Below are positions 26,815 to 36,500 of a stretch of 64,000 bases of DNA, one piece after another. Below the pieces are notes generated by a model that saw nothing but the letters and a program-made list of their open reading frames with translations, did no database searches and had not been told where the DNA came from. Position 1 is the stretch's first letter. Each line of letters begins with the position of its first letter. The position numbers and the translations under genes are program-made. The DNA lies in assembly GCA_016193315.1 (NCBI GenBank), contig JACPSJ010000001.1, positions 219,981 through 283,980 of the forward strand. The letters are read 5' to 3'. Source of the DNA: Candidatus Kerfeldbacteria bacterium. GTDB lineage: Bacteria > Patescibacteriota > Patescibacteriia > SBBC01 > CAIJZX01.

Positions 26815-29800
26815 ACGTCCAACATCCTAACCCGCGCCGCTTTCCGACCAGCCGTTTCCTGGCCGCACTGCTCGCCTTCCTGACGGTGGTGGTGGTGTTC
26901 CGCACCTTCCAGCCACGGCCGGCGGAAGCCATTCTGGGCGTTGGCGACGTATCCGTCACGGTCGGAGATATTCCGCGGATTATCTTCCAATTCGTCGACG
27001 CCGCCCGCAAGCGGGTAGGCGCGATCCTGAAGGTCGCCGGCGACATTGCCTTCAAGAACACGCTGGAGATCTACAATGCCAAGATCGCGCAAGAGATCCT
27101 GACACAAATCAGTACCGCCGGCCCGGGCCAGAAACCGCTGTTCCTGACGAATCCGAAAACTTTTTTCCGTGACGTGGCCAATTCGGCGGCCGGAGATTTC
27201 ATTGACGAATTCACCCGGGGATTGACCGGCGAACGGGGGCCGGGGACGGCCTTCAGCTCCGCCCGCCAGCGCTTCATTATTTCACGGATCTTGCGGATCG
27301 GAGTCGGCAGCCCGGTTGAACAGTGCCGCGATAGTTGTCGGTCCACCTATAGCGTCGGGAACATCGACCTGGCGGGAGTCAAAGAATACTCCGATGAGGA
27401 ATTCCGGCAGCTGACCCAGGCCAGTTTTCGGAATGAGTTTGAATGGCGGATTGTTAATGTCCAGCGGCGGATTGACACGGTGACAAAACCAGCCATCGAC
27501 CATCAGGAGAGCGAAATCGTCTGCCGTGACGTGGCGTTACCAGCCGGACCGCCGCTGCCGGGACAAAACTACCTGCCGTGGCAAATTCAGCTCGGTGCCT
27601 GCGGCGAGGCGGTGCCGCCGCCGGAGTGTACAACGGCTCCGCAAGAATGTTTGAACCGCCAGCAGGAGGCCATCAATACGGAACGAGCCTCGGCCCAACA
27701 GCTGACCAACCAGTGTCTGCGGGATTGTCAGAGTGGATTGGCCGGTCTGGCCTCGGACGCCATCAACCAGGCTACAGCCACCGACATCTTCAACGCCACC
27801 ATCGAGTTAGATACTCGTCAAGCGACTCGCGCCATTACCCAAGAATTGTCGCGCGACAACAGCGATATTGGCAAGACGCTCTACTCTTTTGCTCAGTTGT
27901 ACGATACGGTTCAGGAACAAATCACGGCCGCCAAGACCGAGTTGGAAGCCGGGGCCAAGCCCCGCACGTCGAAAGTCAGCGAGGTGGTGCTGGTGCCGAA
28001 GGAAGCCAACCAACAAAGCCTCTTCACCGCCCTGGTTGGCGGCGACGACGCCAAGAAGATTTACACCGGCACCACGGCCGCCGATATTATCAAGGGCGTG
28101 GCCGCTTTCATTAATAGCCCGCTGTTCAAGGTGCTGACCTTGTATTTTAAGCACCAGTGCGGACTCAACACCGAAGCCTGCCGCGGGCCGTCGCAGCCGA
28201 CCTCGACACTCGGGCAGCTGCTCTTCGGCTCCGGCGGGCCAACCGGCCTGGCCGGGGCCCGGCTGCAATTCTCGACCGTTGGTCAAACCAAGTTCCTGAC
28301 CGGTGACCCCGGCCGGAACGAAGTCGACATCCCCAATGAGTTGGCGTCGGCCGGACTGATTGACGCCCAATTTCGGAACGCGATCGAGGACCGTCTGACG
28401 GTTCAAGAAGCACTGGACAAAGGGACGCTCGACCCGCGGAAGACTTTTGGGTTTGACCGTAACGGCGTTCAGCCGCGCGACGGCTATCCGTTCCGCGCTC
28501 TCCAGTACCTGCGAAAGTACCGCGTCGTCCCGGTCGGCTGGGAACTGGCCGCCAACTTCAGCTTACAATTCGATCCCCGCGACCTCAGTTTCGGTTTTCT
28601 GACTAAGCAGTTCAACCTCTGCGGCCAGGACGAGACTCACCGAGTCTGTACGAATGACCCCAATACGAGCTGTCAGGCGGACGATGACTGCAGCGGCAAC
28701 CGCTGCGGCGCCAGCCCGTACTGCGGCCTGGTTGATCCGAACTGGGTGCTCAAAGCGCCGCAGACGTACTGCCGCCGGCAAGGTGCCGGCGAGGAAATCA
28801 TCACCAAGGAATTCGTCTGCGATGAGAATAATATCCGGTCCATCGACGGAGTAGTCATCAACCCAGCATTCCAAGACGCCGGTCCGGACGGCATTCCCAC
28901 TACCCCTGACGATCAAGACAATAATCCACCCAACTGCGTCAAGGACGAACTCCGGAATGTCCACCCCGACCTCGGTCGTTGGGTCGTCAGCCGAAACACC
29001 AACACCTGCGCCGATACCCAGTCGTGCATCGCTGAGAACGACGACGGCACGTGTATTGCTTTCGGCTATTGCGTCCAGGAACGCCAGCAATTCCGCTTCG
29101 ACGGCACCCAGTGCGACGCCGAGTTCGCCAGCTGCACCACCTATACCGACGATCAAGGACAACCAGCGTCGTACCTGGCCAGCACGCTTGACTTCCGCAA
29201 CTGCAACGCCGACGTGGCCGGCTGCCAGTGGTATTGTCAAAACTACGACGCCGAAGCGCAACGCTGGACCTGCGGCGAGCCGCCCGGCAACGATGATCCC
29301 AGCGTCGTCAATGACATCATTCGTTTCACCAGCAACGTTCAAGCCTGCAACCAAAGCCAGGCCGGCTGTCGGCAATTTGTCCGGACCTCGAACGGATCGA
29401 ACCTGCTGCCCAACGGCGGCTTTGAAATTTTCTCCGGCGCCGAGCTCGACAGCGGGTTGGTAGCCAACTATGACAGTTGGAACAAAATTGGCGGGATCGG
29501 AACGTTTCCGGTTTCGGCCAGCGACCCGGATGTCACATCAAGTAACCGGGCGGCTATCAAGTTGACGGGGGGTGCGGGCGATGAACTTAGCGCGACCATC
29601 GATACCGGCTATGCTCTCTACGAGCGATCGTTTTCGGCCTCCATTCGGGCCCGGGCCGATTCAAGTTGCACCGCCAGCCTGGAAATGGACACCGACGTGG
29701 TCAGCTCGGGACAAGTGGTAACGATCGGCCCGAGCTGGGCGACTCAGGCGTTGTCAATCGTCATCCCAGAGGAGGAGAGGGTTCGTTCGTTTAGCAATGC

Positions 29801-32396
29801 GTTAACATTTACCATCAAGGTCGAAGGCTGCGGCGGCGCCAACCTAGTAGTCGACAGTGCCCAGCTGGAAGAAAGCGGCCTAACCCAATTCAAAGACTAC
29901 GGCCAGATCAACGCCGTCTACCTTAACGGGACGCGGCGCTCATGTACCACCGCCGATGTCGGCTGCGAATCGTACACGCCGCTGGCTGGCGGATCGGCCA
30001 TCACGGCTCAAGTCCGCAACAGCAACCGTTGTACTGAAGACAAGGTTGGTTGCGCGACCTACACGCTTGAACCGCTGCCTGGTCCCATTCCGCGACCGGG
30101 CGGATCGGTCAACATCATCGCGCCAAAAGGCCAGTCCTGCTCCGCCAGCAACGTTGGTTGCGAAGAGTATACTAATCTCGACGAAGTCGCCCGGGGCGGG
30201 GAAGGGAAAGAATACTATCAGTCGGTCAAACAGTGCGTCCGACCTAAATCCGGCGATCCTAGCCAGGCCACCTACTACACTTGGGTCGGCGATGCTGCTC
30301 GTGGCTTTATCCTGCGGAGCCACACGCTCCTGAAATCGAACATCGACGCCAGCCCCTGTACCCACCCCACGGTTGGCGCGCCGCGGGACGAACCGGTTTG
30401 CGACGATGCCGGCCGGGTCGATACCTCGGCTATCTGTAATGCCGATACCTTATCCAGCAATCCAGACTGCGCCGAATTCTACGATTCGTCTTTCAGCGTC
30501 TACTACCGGCTACGCTCGCTAACCGTTTCGGTAACCGACGATTGTCATCCGTATCGGAACAGCGTTGATCAGACCGACGCCGATCCAGGTAACGACGACA
30601 ACATCTACTTCCTGGCGCCCAAGGAAAACGTGGCTTGCCCGGCCACCGCCGCTGGTTGTCGAGCCTATACCGGCAATGCCGGACGGTCGACGAGAACTAT
30701 CTTCAGCGATACCTATGAGAGCGGCACGACCGCCAACTGGGTTGGCGGGCTGCCGGTGACCGAATCAACTAGCCTCGGCGGGCACTCGATGCATATTCCA
30801 TTGCCTGGAGGAGCGCCACGTGCGGCGGCCTACACCGACACCGACGTGCTGCCGGGGAAACTGGCCGACGGCAAGAACTACGTGGTCACCTTCTGGGCGG
30901 CGGCGGCCAACAGCGCCAGCCACCTGGCGACGATCAAAGCCAGTTTCGGCTCCGTTACCGGTAGGTCCTATAACGAAGATCAAATATTCGGCAGCGGGCA
31001 GCTTCGCTGGAATGAGAGTATTACCCCGGCTGGGCCGGAGTGGCAGCGCTACACCCTCGGTCCGCTGCAGCTGATTGGCAACACCGCTCGGCTCGGCATT
31101 ACGGTCACGGGTGGCGAGGCCTACGTTGATAACGTCACCTTGACTGAGATCAACGACAGTCTCTATCTCGTCAGCTCAACCGTGCCGCTCTGTGAGGCGG
31201 CTGATGTTGGTTGCGCCGCCTACCGCGATCGGGCCGGCGCCCGACACTATCTCAAATCCTTCACCCGTCTCTGCGCCGAGCAGGTCGTCGGTTGCGAAGC
31301 GATGGTTGACACCCAAAACAGCAGCACCCCGTTTGCCCAAGTGGTGAAGAACGAATTGACACCGGAGGACGCGGTGGTGACCGCGGTAAATAACCGCGCC
31401 GCCTACTGTCCGGCGGCCACTAAGGGTTGCCAGGCGCTCGGTAAACCGACCTACACGAACGACCGAGTCATCACCGGCTACCAGACGGTCTACCTCAAGA
31501 ACGACCCCGATCAGCATGCCCGCGACTTGTGTCTGAACGAAGAGTTATTCTGCCGGGCCTATACTACCGCCAGCGGATCGGCCGCCTTCTTCAAAGACCC
31601 AGCCCACCAAACCTGCGAGTTTCGATCGAACGCCAGCGATGTCGGCGGCCAGTGGTACGTCAGCGGCACCAACATCTTTTGCCCGACGATTACCCCGCCA
31701 TTGTCCGGTCGCCCGCTCGGCCCATCGTGCAGCCCCACCTGTGAGACTACCCCTGACTCGCTCCGGGCTGGCAAAGCCTGCGTTCGGGACGTCGACTGTC
31801 CGAAGGATGGCGGCGGGAATGTCCGCTGTCTAGGCGATGCCAGCAAAGTCGGCAAGATCAAAGATAGCGGCGGTAACTTCGTCTTCGGGCAGTGTGCCAG
31901 TGACACCGACTGCGATCCGGTCACTGGTAACAAATGCCGCTACTTGGCGGGCCTCTGTCCGGACGAACAAAACGGCTGCAATGAGTATCGCGATCCGACC
32001 GATCCGGCTGGCTGTCGGAGCGAGTGTCCGTTGATTCAGGTCGGTGGCAGCCCGCTCTACGTTGACGCCACGTGCGCGACCACCCGCTGCTCCTACCAAT
32101 GTCTCGGCGGGACGTGCGAAGGAGGTCCGGATGACGGGCTGGCTTGCGGTAGCGACGCGGAGTGTAATGTTCATTCCGGCAACTGTCAGGCCAGTGAACA
32201 GTGTGGCCCGGGCGGGCAGTGTCTCGGCAGCAACGGCCTGACCACCACCGGTATCCCCGGCTGCCGCCCCTACTATTACCTCCGGCAGACGGTGGAGACC
32301 AATGCCGTTGATTGCAACGGCCAAGTCAACCTGGAAACTCGCTGCCGACCATTCAATGACACGTCGAAACCGATCCTTAACGTGCGTGGTGGATAA
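26811..32396 (+). CDS. Giant secreted cysteine-rich repeat protein (1861 aa)
   Basis: N-terminal signal-anchor; recurring VGC[AE]xYT/GCxAY motif (ADVGCESYTPLAG, DKVGCATYTLEP, SNVGCEEYTNLDE, AAGCRAYTGNAG, ADVGCAAYRDRAG, VVGCEAMVDTQ, TKGCQALGKPTY); very Cys-rich C-terminal quarter. Confidence 0.7.
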   Translation: MNVQHPNPRRFPTSRFLAALLAFLTVVVVFRTFQPRPAEAILGVGDVSVTVGDIPRIIFQFVDAARKRVGAILKVAGDIAFKNTLEIYNAKIAQEILTQISTAGPGQKPLFLTNPKTFFRDVANSAAGDFIDEFTRGLTGERGPGTAFSSARQRFIISRILRIGVGSPVEQCRDSCRSTYSVGNIDLAGVKEYSDEEFRQLTQASFRNEFEWRIVNVQRRIDTVTKPAIDHQESEIVCRDVALPAGPPLPGQNYLPWQIQLGACGEAVPPPECTTAPQECLNRQQEAINTERASAQQLTNQCLRDCQSGLAGLASDAINQATATDIFNATIELDTRQATRAITQELSRDNSDIGKTLYSFAQLYDTVQEQITAAKTELEAGAKPRTSKVSEVVLVPKEANQQSLFTALVGGDDAKKIYTGTTAADIIKGVAAFINSPLFKVLTLYFKHQCGLNTEACRGPSQPTSTLGQLLFGSGGPTGLAGARLQFSTVGQTKFLTGDPGRNEVDIPNELASAGLIDAQFRNAIEDRLTVQEALDKGTLDPRKTFGFDRNGVQPRDGYPFRALQYLRKYRVVPVGWELAANFSLQFDPRDLSFGFLTKQFNLCGQDETHRVCTNDPNTSCQADDDCSGNRCGASPYCGLVDPNWVLKAPQTYCRRQGAGEEIITKEFVCDENNIRSIDGVVINPAFQDAGPDGIPTTPDDQDNNPPNCVKDELRNVHPDLGRWVVSRNTNTCADTQSCIAENDDGTCIAFGYCVQERQQFRFDGTQCDAEFASCTTYTDDQGQPASYLASTLDFRNCNADVAGCQWYCQNYDAEAQRWTCGEPPGNDDPSVVNDIIRFTSNVQACNQSQAGCRQFVRTSNGSNLLPNGGFEIFSGAELDSGLVANYDSWNKIGGIGTFPVSASDPDVTSSNRAAIKLTGGAGDELSATIDTGYALYERSFSASIRARADSSCTASLEMDTDVVSSGQVVTIGPSWATQALSIVIPEEERVRSFSNALTFTIKVEGCGGANLVVDSAQLEESGLTQFKDYGQINAVYLNGTRRSCTTADVGCESYTPLAGGSAITAQVRNSNRCTEDKVGCATYTLEPLPGPIPRPGGSVNIIAPKGQSCSASNVGCEEYTNLDEVARGGEGKEYYQSVKQCVRPKSGDPSQATYYTWVGDAARGFILRSHTLLKSNIDASPCTHPTVGAPRDEPVCDDAGRVDTSAICNADTLSSNPDCAEFYDSSFSVYYRLRSLTVSVTDDCHPYRNSVDQTDADPGNDDNIYFLAPKENVACPATAAGCRAYTGNAGRSTRTIFSDTYESGTTANWVGGLPVTESTSLGGHSMHIPLPGGAPRAAAYTDTDVLPGKLADGKNYVVTFWAAAANSASHLATIKASFGSVTGRSYNEDQIFGSGQLRWNESITPAGPEWQRYTLGPLQLIGNTARLGITVTGGEAYVDNVTLTEINDSLYLVSSTVPLCEAADVGCAAYRDRAGARHYLKSFTRLCAEQVVGCEAMVDTQNSSTPFAQVVKNELTPEDAVVTAVNNRAAYCPAATKGCQALGKPTYTNDRVITGYQTVYLKNDPDQHARDLCLNEELFCRAYTTASGSAAFFKDPAHQTCEFRSNASDVGGQWYVSGTNIFCPTITPPLSGRPLGPSCSPTCETTPDSLRAGKACVRDVDCPKDGGGNVRCLGDASKVGKIKDSGGNFVFGQCASDTDCDPVTGNKCRYLAGLCPDEQNGCNEYRDPTDPAGCRSECPLIQVGGSPLYVDATCATTRCSYQCLGGTCEGGPDDGLACGSDAECNVHSGNCQASEQCGPGGQCLGSNGLTTTGIPGCRPYYYLRQTVETNAVDCNGQVNLETRCRPFNDTSKPILNVRGG

Positions 32397-32398
32397 CG

Positions 32399-35300
32399 AT
32401 GTCATCTCATCGCCAATCAATCATTACTTCTGCCTCCACATGGTCACTCGTCCTCGGCCTGGCGACGTGGCTGGTGGCGGTTATGGCCCCGAAACCGGTC
32501 TCCGGCCAAGCGGCCTGCAGATCGAACCCGGATTGTGCCGCGACCGACCAAGCCTGCGTCTCTCGCTTCTGTGAGGACAATTTCAACTTGACCTTTTCTC
32601 CGACCACGGTCACGGCCAGCGGTTATTCTCAAGGCGTCGGATCGGATTCAATCGGCAACTTCATCCTTTACCATTGTCTCGGCGGTAAGTCCATTTGCAG
32701 TGCCCAACCGACGACGAACACTGCCTTTTGGACGAAACGGACCGGCGCCGACAGCTATTCAGTGACGCGTTCGAACCTCCGCCCGAGCCGAACTTACAGT
32801 ACGACCTACATTGGCGAAGTGAACACTGTGCGTACCGACTACGAAGCCCGACAGGTGACCACCCTGCCTGGCTACCAACCGACGGCCACGGTCAGCGGCA
32901 TTACCGAAAACAGCGCTACAGTTTCGTGGACGACCAGATTCCTTAGTGACAGCACGATTTGGTATGGGCTGACGGAACCAGACGTCAGCGTTGAACAAAC
33001 GGTTGTGTCCCCCGAAGTGTTCACTGACGTCGACGCCTTGTCGAGCGGTGAAGCCTGGGCCGTCACAAGTTCCGGTCGGGCATTCCGTCGCAACACCAGC
33101 GGGGCCTGGTCCGAGGCTCTCACCGGCGAAGGATATTTCGATTCGGTCAGCGTGTTTGATGCCCAACACATTTGGTTGGGCGCCAACGCCGGAAAGGTGC
33201 TCTACACGACGGATGGCGGCTCGAGCTGGGTCCGCACCACCTTTGGTGCCCCGTCCGACGATATTTTTGACCTCTACGCCCCGACCGCGACGACCGCCTG
33301 GGCAGTCAGCCGGAACAAGAAAATTAGCCTGCTCGATCAGGCGGTTGATCCCAATAATTGGCAATTGAAATACACCGCCACTTTTACCATGAGCGATATT
33401 TATTCATTGGACAACAAGGAAATCTGGGCGGTCGGTTCGGGCGGGAGAATAGTCACCAGTCGAGACGGCGGCGCGACGTGGTCGGAAACGTTGGTCACCA
33501 GTTCGGGCGCCTCGCTGGGCACGATCACCACCGTTGATGGTCGGACGCTGTGGGTGGGTGGCAGCACCGGCAGTATTTACCGGTCTAACGACAGTGGCGT
33601 GTCGTGGTCCCCGATCGCTACCGGGTCGGTTACGGCGATCGATGAACTAACCCCCATCAATACGCTCGCCATCTGGTTTACACAATCCGACCGTCTCGGA
33701 TATTACGACGCGACCGGCGCCCCCAGTTTCACCTTCTACACCCAAGCCCGGGCAGATCTCGGTAGCCCGCTGACTGAGTTGGGCCAGATTAACGGGGGGC
33801 AAATGTTCCTCGCCAGCGACAACGGGAGGCTAGGTTTGTTCCGACAAGCAGGCTCCGTCCATACGGATCTGCCGCTGGTCACCAACCACTCCCACACCTT
33901 TCCCCCCGGCAGTCTCGTCCCCGGGACAGACTACTTTTTCTCGGTCATCTCTAGCGACGGCAACATCAGTGCCGGGGCGTTCGGGACATTCCGGACACTC
34001 GAGCCCGATCCGGTTCCGCCGGACATTAGTTTTGCCCCCGACCCACCCGCCTATACGAACGTCAGCCCGCTGACCGTCAGCGGCACGGCGACCGATAATA
34101 TCAGCCTGCAGTCGGTCACGGTGACGAACAATGGCGCGCCCCAGGTAGTGACCACCGCTCCGCCGCTGCCCGGACCCGCTTCGACGTCCTGGTCTTCGAC
34201 TAAGGGGCTGAACGTCGGCAGCAATCCGTTCAAGGCCACGGCCACCGACAGTTCAGGCAACACCAAGACAGTCACGGCCACCGTGTTCTATGATCCCAAT
34301 CCACCGGTCGTGGCCATCACCAACCCGTCGGATGGGGCGGTCGTGGCGACCAGCACCATTACTATCGACGGCACGGCCAATGATGACGACTGGGTCGACA
34401 GTATGGAATACGTGCTCAACGGGGGCCCGCGGAAACCGCTGACCATTACGCCTGGGGCGGGCGTCAATTGGTCTGACAATGCCGGCCCGCTAACGCCGGG
34501 GGCGAACACGCTAACCGTGTACGCCAAAGATCGGGCCGGCAACGAAGGCTCACAGACGGTGAACTTCGAGTATCGCGAACCAACCTTCACCCTCAGCGCC
34601 GATCCGATTGCGGCGGCTGGTAATGCCGGCGACGTCTTCACCTTTTCCATCACCGCCACCTCGGTTGACGGCTTTGCCGATGGAGTCACCTTCTCAGTCA
34701 GCGGCGAGCCGGCCGGCAGCAGCGTCACTTTCGCGCCTAATCCGCTCTTGGTGCCGGCTGGCGGGTCGGACAGCTCGACTATGACCATGACCACCAACCC
34801 GGCTACGACGGGCACTTTCGACATCACCATCACTGGCACGAGCGGGCCGAAAACGGCTACCACTTCGGTGAGCCTCAAACTCAGAACTCCTCCCGACTTC
34901 ACGCTGTCAGCCATTCCGGTTATCCAAAACATCGTCGCCGGAAATCCAACCAGTTACCAGATCACGGCCAATTCGAACGTGTCTTTCAATGACACCGTCA
35001 CCTTCAGCGTCAGCGGCTTACCGGCTCTGGCCACGAGTGGGTTCAGTCCGGGCTCACTGACGTTGCCGCCGAGCAGCAGCGGTACCACCGACCTGACGGT
35101 GACGACACAACCGGCGACGCCGGACGGCAGCTACACACTGACGATCACCGGCACCAGTCCCGGCCTAACCCGGACGGTCAATGTAACGCTGAATATCAGC
35201 GCGCCGCCCGACTTTAGCCTGACTGTAGTGCCGGCCGGGCAGACTGTAACCGCTGGCGGCTCGACCTCCTACAACGGCACCGTCAAAGCGCTCAACGGTT

Positions 35301-36499
35301 TTGCCGAGCCGGTCAACGTCACCGCCACCATTAATCCGCCGACGCCAGAAGTAACCTTGAGCATTGCGCCCAATCGTTTTACGCCGACGCCCGGCGGCAC
35401 TAGCTTTATCGCCAATGTCCAAACTACGGGCGCGACACCCAGCGATACCTACGCCATTACGGTCAAGGTCGAGAATGACGCCGCCACGATCAGTCACACC
35501 GTTGACGTCAGCCTCCAGGTTGACGCCGACGTCACGCCGCCGATCATTACCAATATTTCGGCCACGCCGAATTGGGACAGCGTCCGGGTCACGTGGGAGA
35601 CGAACGAACTGGCCGACTCGGAACTGGCCATCTACGCCGATGCCGGCCTTGGCACCTTAGTCGGCATCGTCAGCGATGCTGGCTACTGCCTGAGTGGCTG
35701 TCACGACCTCTTCTACACGCCCCTCAACCCCACCACCACCTACTACTTTACCGTTACCTCGGCCGATCAAGCCGTACCGACCCCGAATTCGACTACCCGC
35801 ACCAAGGAAGATGACGGCGTCACACCCTTACAGTTTACCACCCTCGACGAACCAGATAGCATGCCGCCCAGCGTCGTCATCGACGAGCCGGCTGACGGCG
35901 ATATCCTTAGTGGTTCAGCCACCATTCGCGGCACGGCTACTGACAACAAGAATGTTACCCAAGTCCGAGTCACCATCGCGCCAGTGGGTGATCCGGACAG
36001 CTTTGTCCTCGATCAGAACTTACTCTGTGCCGGGGCCAGTTGCTCGTTCAACACGATCTGGAATACCACGGCGGTGCCAAACGACAGCTACCTCATCACG
36101 GCGGTCGCGCGGGACACGGCCGGCAATTTGTCGACGCCCACCAGCATTTCCGTGGCGGTGGAGAATGACTTTACCCCACCGTTGCTCACCTGCGACGTCA
36201 CCCCCACACCGACACCAACCGGTGGCGAGGTTGACTGCGGCGGCGGGCAGTGTTGGGAAGCCGTCATCACCTGGTGCACCGATGACCCCAGCACCAGCGA
36301 AGTTGATTTCGGTACCAGCGTTTCTTGTGGCGGCGGCGTGTGCACGTACCCGCTTGGTCAGCGTTATGACGATCTGGCGCCAGCTGACCCCTCTCCCATT
36401 TACACCAATCACCGCGTCACCCTCCGACGACTCGACGCCAACCAACTCTACCACTACCGCATCACCAGCTGTAATGAAGGGGGATTCTGCACACACTAA
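32399..36499 (+). CDS. Giant secreted protein (1366 aa) with a BNR/Asp-box beta-propeller, tandem Ig-like repeats and an FN3-like domain
   Basis: Signal peptide; Asp-box motifs TTDGGSSWV, SRDGGATWS and SNDSGVSWS; roughly 95-aa tandem repeats beginning PDF[TS]L[ST] with conserved NGF..V.FS.SG.P; an FN3-like segment TPNWDSVRVTWETNELADSELAIYAD. Confidence 0.7.
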   Translation: MSSHRQSIITSASTWSLVLGLATWLVAVMAPKPVSGQAACRSNPDCAATDQACVSRFCEDNFNLTFSPTTVTASGYSQGVGSDSIGNFILYHCLGGKSICSAQPTTNTAFWTKRTGADSYSVTRSNLRPSRTYSTTYIGEVNTVRTDYEARQVTTLPGYQPTATVSGITENSATVSWTTRFLSDSTIWYGLTEPDVSVEQTVVSPEVFTDVDALSSGEAWAVTSSGRAFRRNTSGAWSEALTGEGYFDSVSVFDAQHIWLGANAGKVLYTTDGGSSWVRTTFGAPSDDIFDLYAPTATTAWAVSRNKKISLLDQAVDPNNWQLKYTATFTMSDIYSLDNKEIWAVGSGGRIVTSRDGGATWSETLVTSSGASLGTITTVDGRTLWVGGSTGSIYRSNDSGVSWSPIATGSVTAIDELTPINTLAIWFTQSDRLGYYDATGAPSFTFYTQARADLGSPLTELGQINGGQMFLASDNGRLGLFRQAGSVHTDLPLVTNHSHTFPPGSLVPGTDYFFSVISSDGNISAGAFGTFRTLEPDPVPPDISFAPDPPAYTNVSPLTVSGTATDNISLQSVTVTNNGAPQVVTTAPPLPGPASTSWSSTKGLNVGSNPFKATATDSSGNTKTVTATVFYDPNPPVVAITNPSDGAVVATSTITIDGTANDDDWVDSMEYVLNGGPRKPLTITPGAGVNWSDNAGPLTPGANTLTVYAKDRAGNEGSQTVNFEYREPTFTLSADPIAAAGNAGDVFTFSITATSVDGFADGVTFSVSGEPAGSSVTFAPNPLLVPAGGSDSSTMTMTTNPATTGTFDITITGTSGPKTATTSVSLKLRTPPDFTLSAIPVIQNIVAGNPTSYQITANSNVSFNDTVTFSVSGLPALATSGFSPGSLTLPPSSSGTTDLTVTTQPATPDGSYTLTITGTSPGLTRTVNVTLNISAPPDFSLTVVPAGQTVTAGGSTSYNGTVKALNGFAEPVNVTATINPPTPEVTLSIAPNRFTPTPGGTSFIANVQTTGATPSDTYAITVKVENDAATISHTVDVSLQVDADVTPPIITNISATPNWDSVRVTWETNELADSELAIYADAGLGTLVGIVSDAGYCLSGCHDLFYTPLNPTTTYYFTVTSADQAVPTPNSTTRTKEDDGVTPLQFTTLDEPDSMPPSVVIDEPADGDILSGSATIRGTATDNKNVTQVRVTIAPVGDPDSFVLDQNLLCAGASCSFNTIWNTTAVPNDSYLITAVARDTAGNLSTPTSISVAVENDFTPPLLTCDVTPTPTPTGGEVDCGGGQCWEAVITWCTDDPSTSEVDFGTSVSCGGGVCTYPLGQRYDDLAPADPSPIYTNHRVTLRRLDANQLYHYRITSCNEGGFCTH

Positions 36500-36500
36500 G

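Noticed and set aside
28563-29375. Long minus-strand ORFs inside the giant genes (for example 28563-29375, 34288-34932, 37446-38564, 51169-52032)
   Set aside because: They lie antisense to strongly supported plus-strand genes in GC-rich DNA, have Ala/Arg/Gly-rich low-complexity translations and no motifs. They are typical shadow ORFs.
35694-36500. ORF-track 5-prime extension of the third giant gene (start at 35694)
   Set aside because: It overlaps the 3-prime 800 nt of gene 32399-36499 in another frame. A signal peptide begins at the ATG at 36501, 2 nt after the upstream stop.
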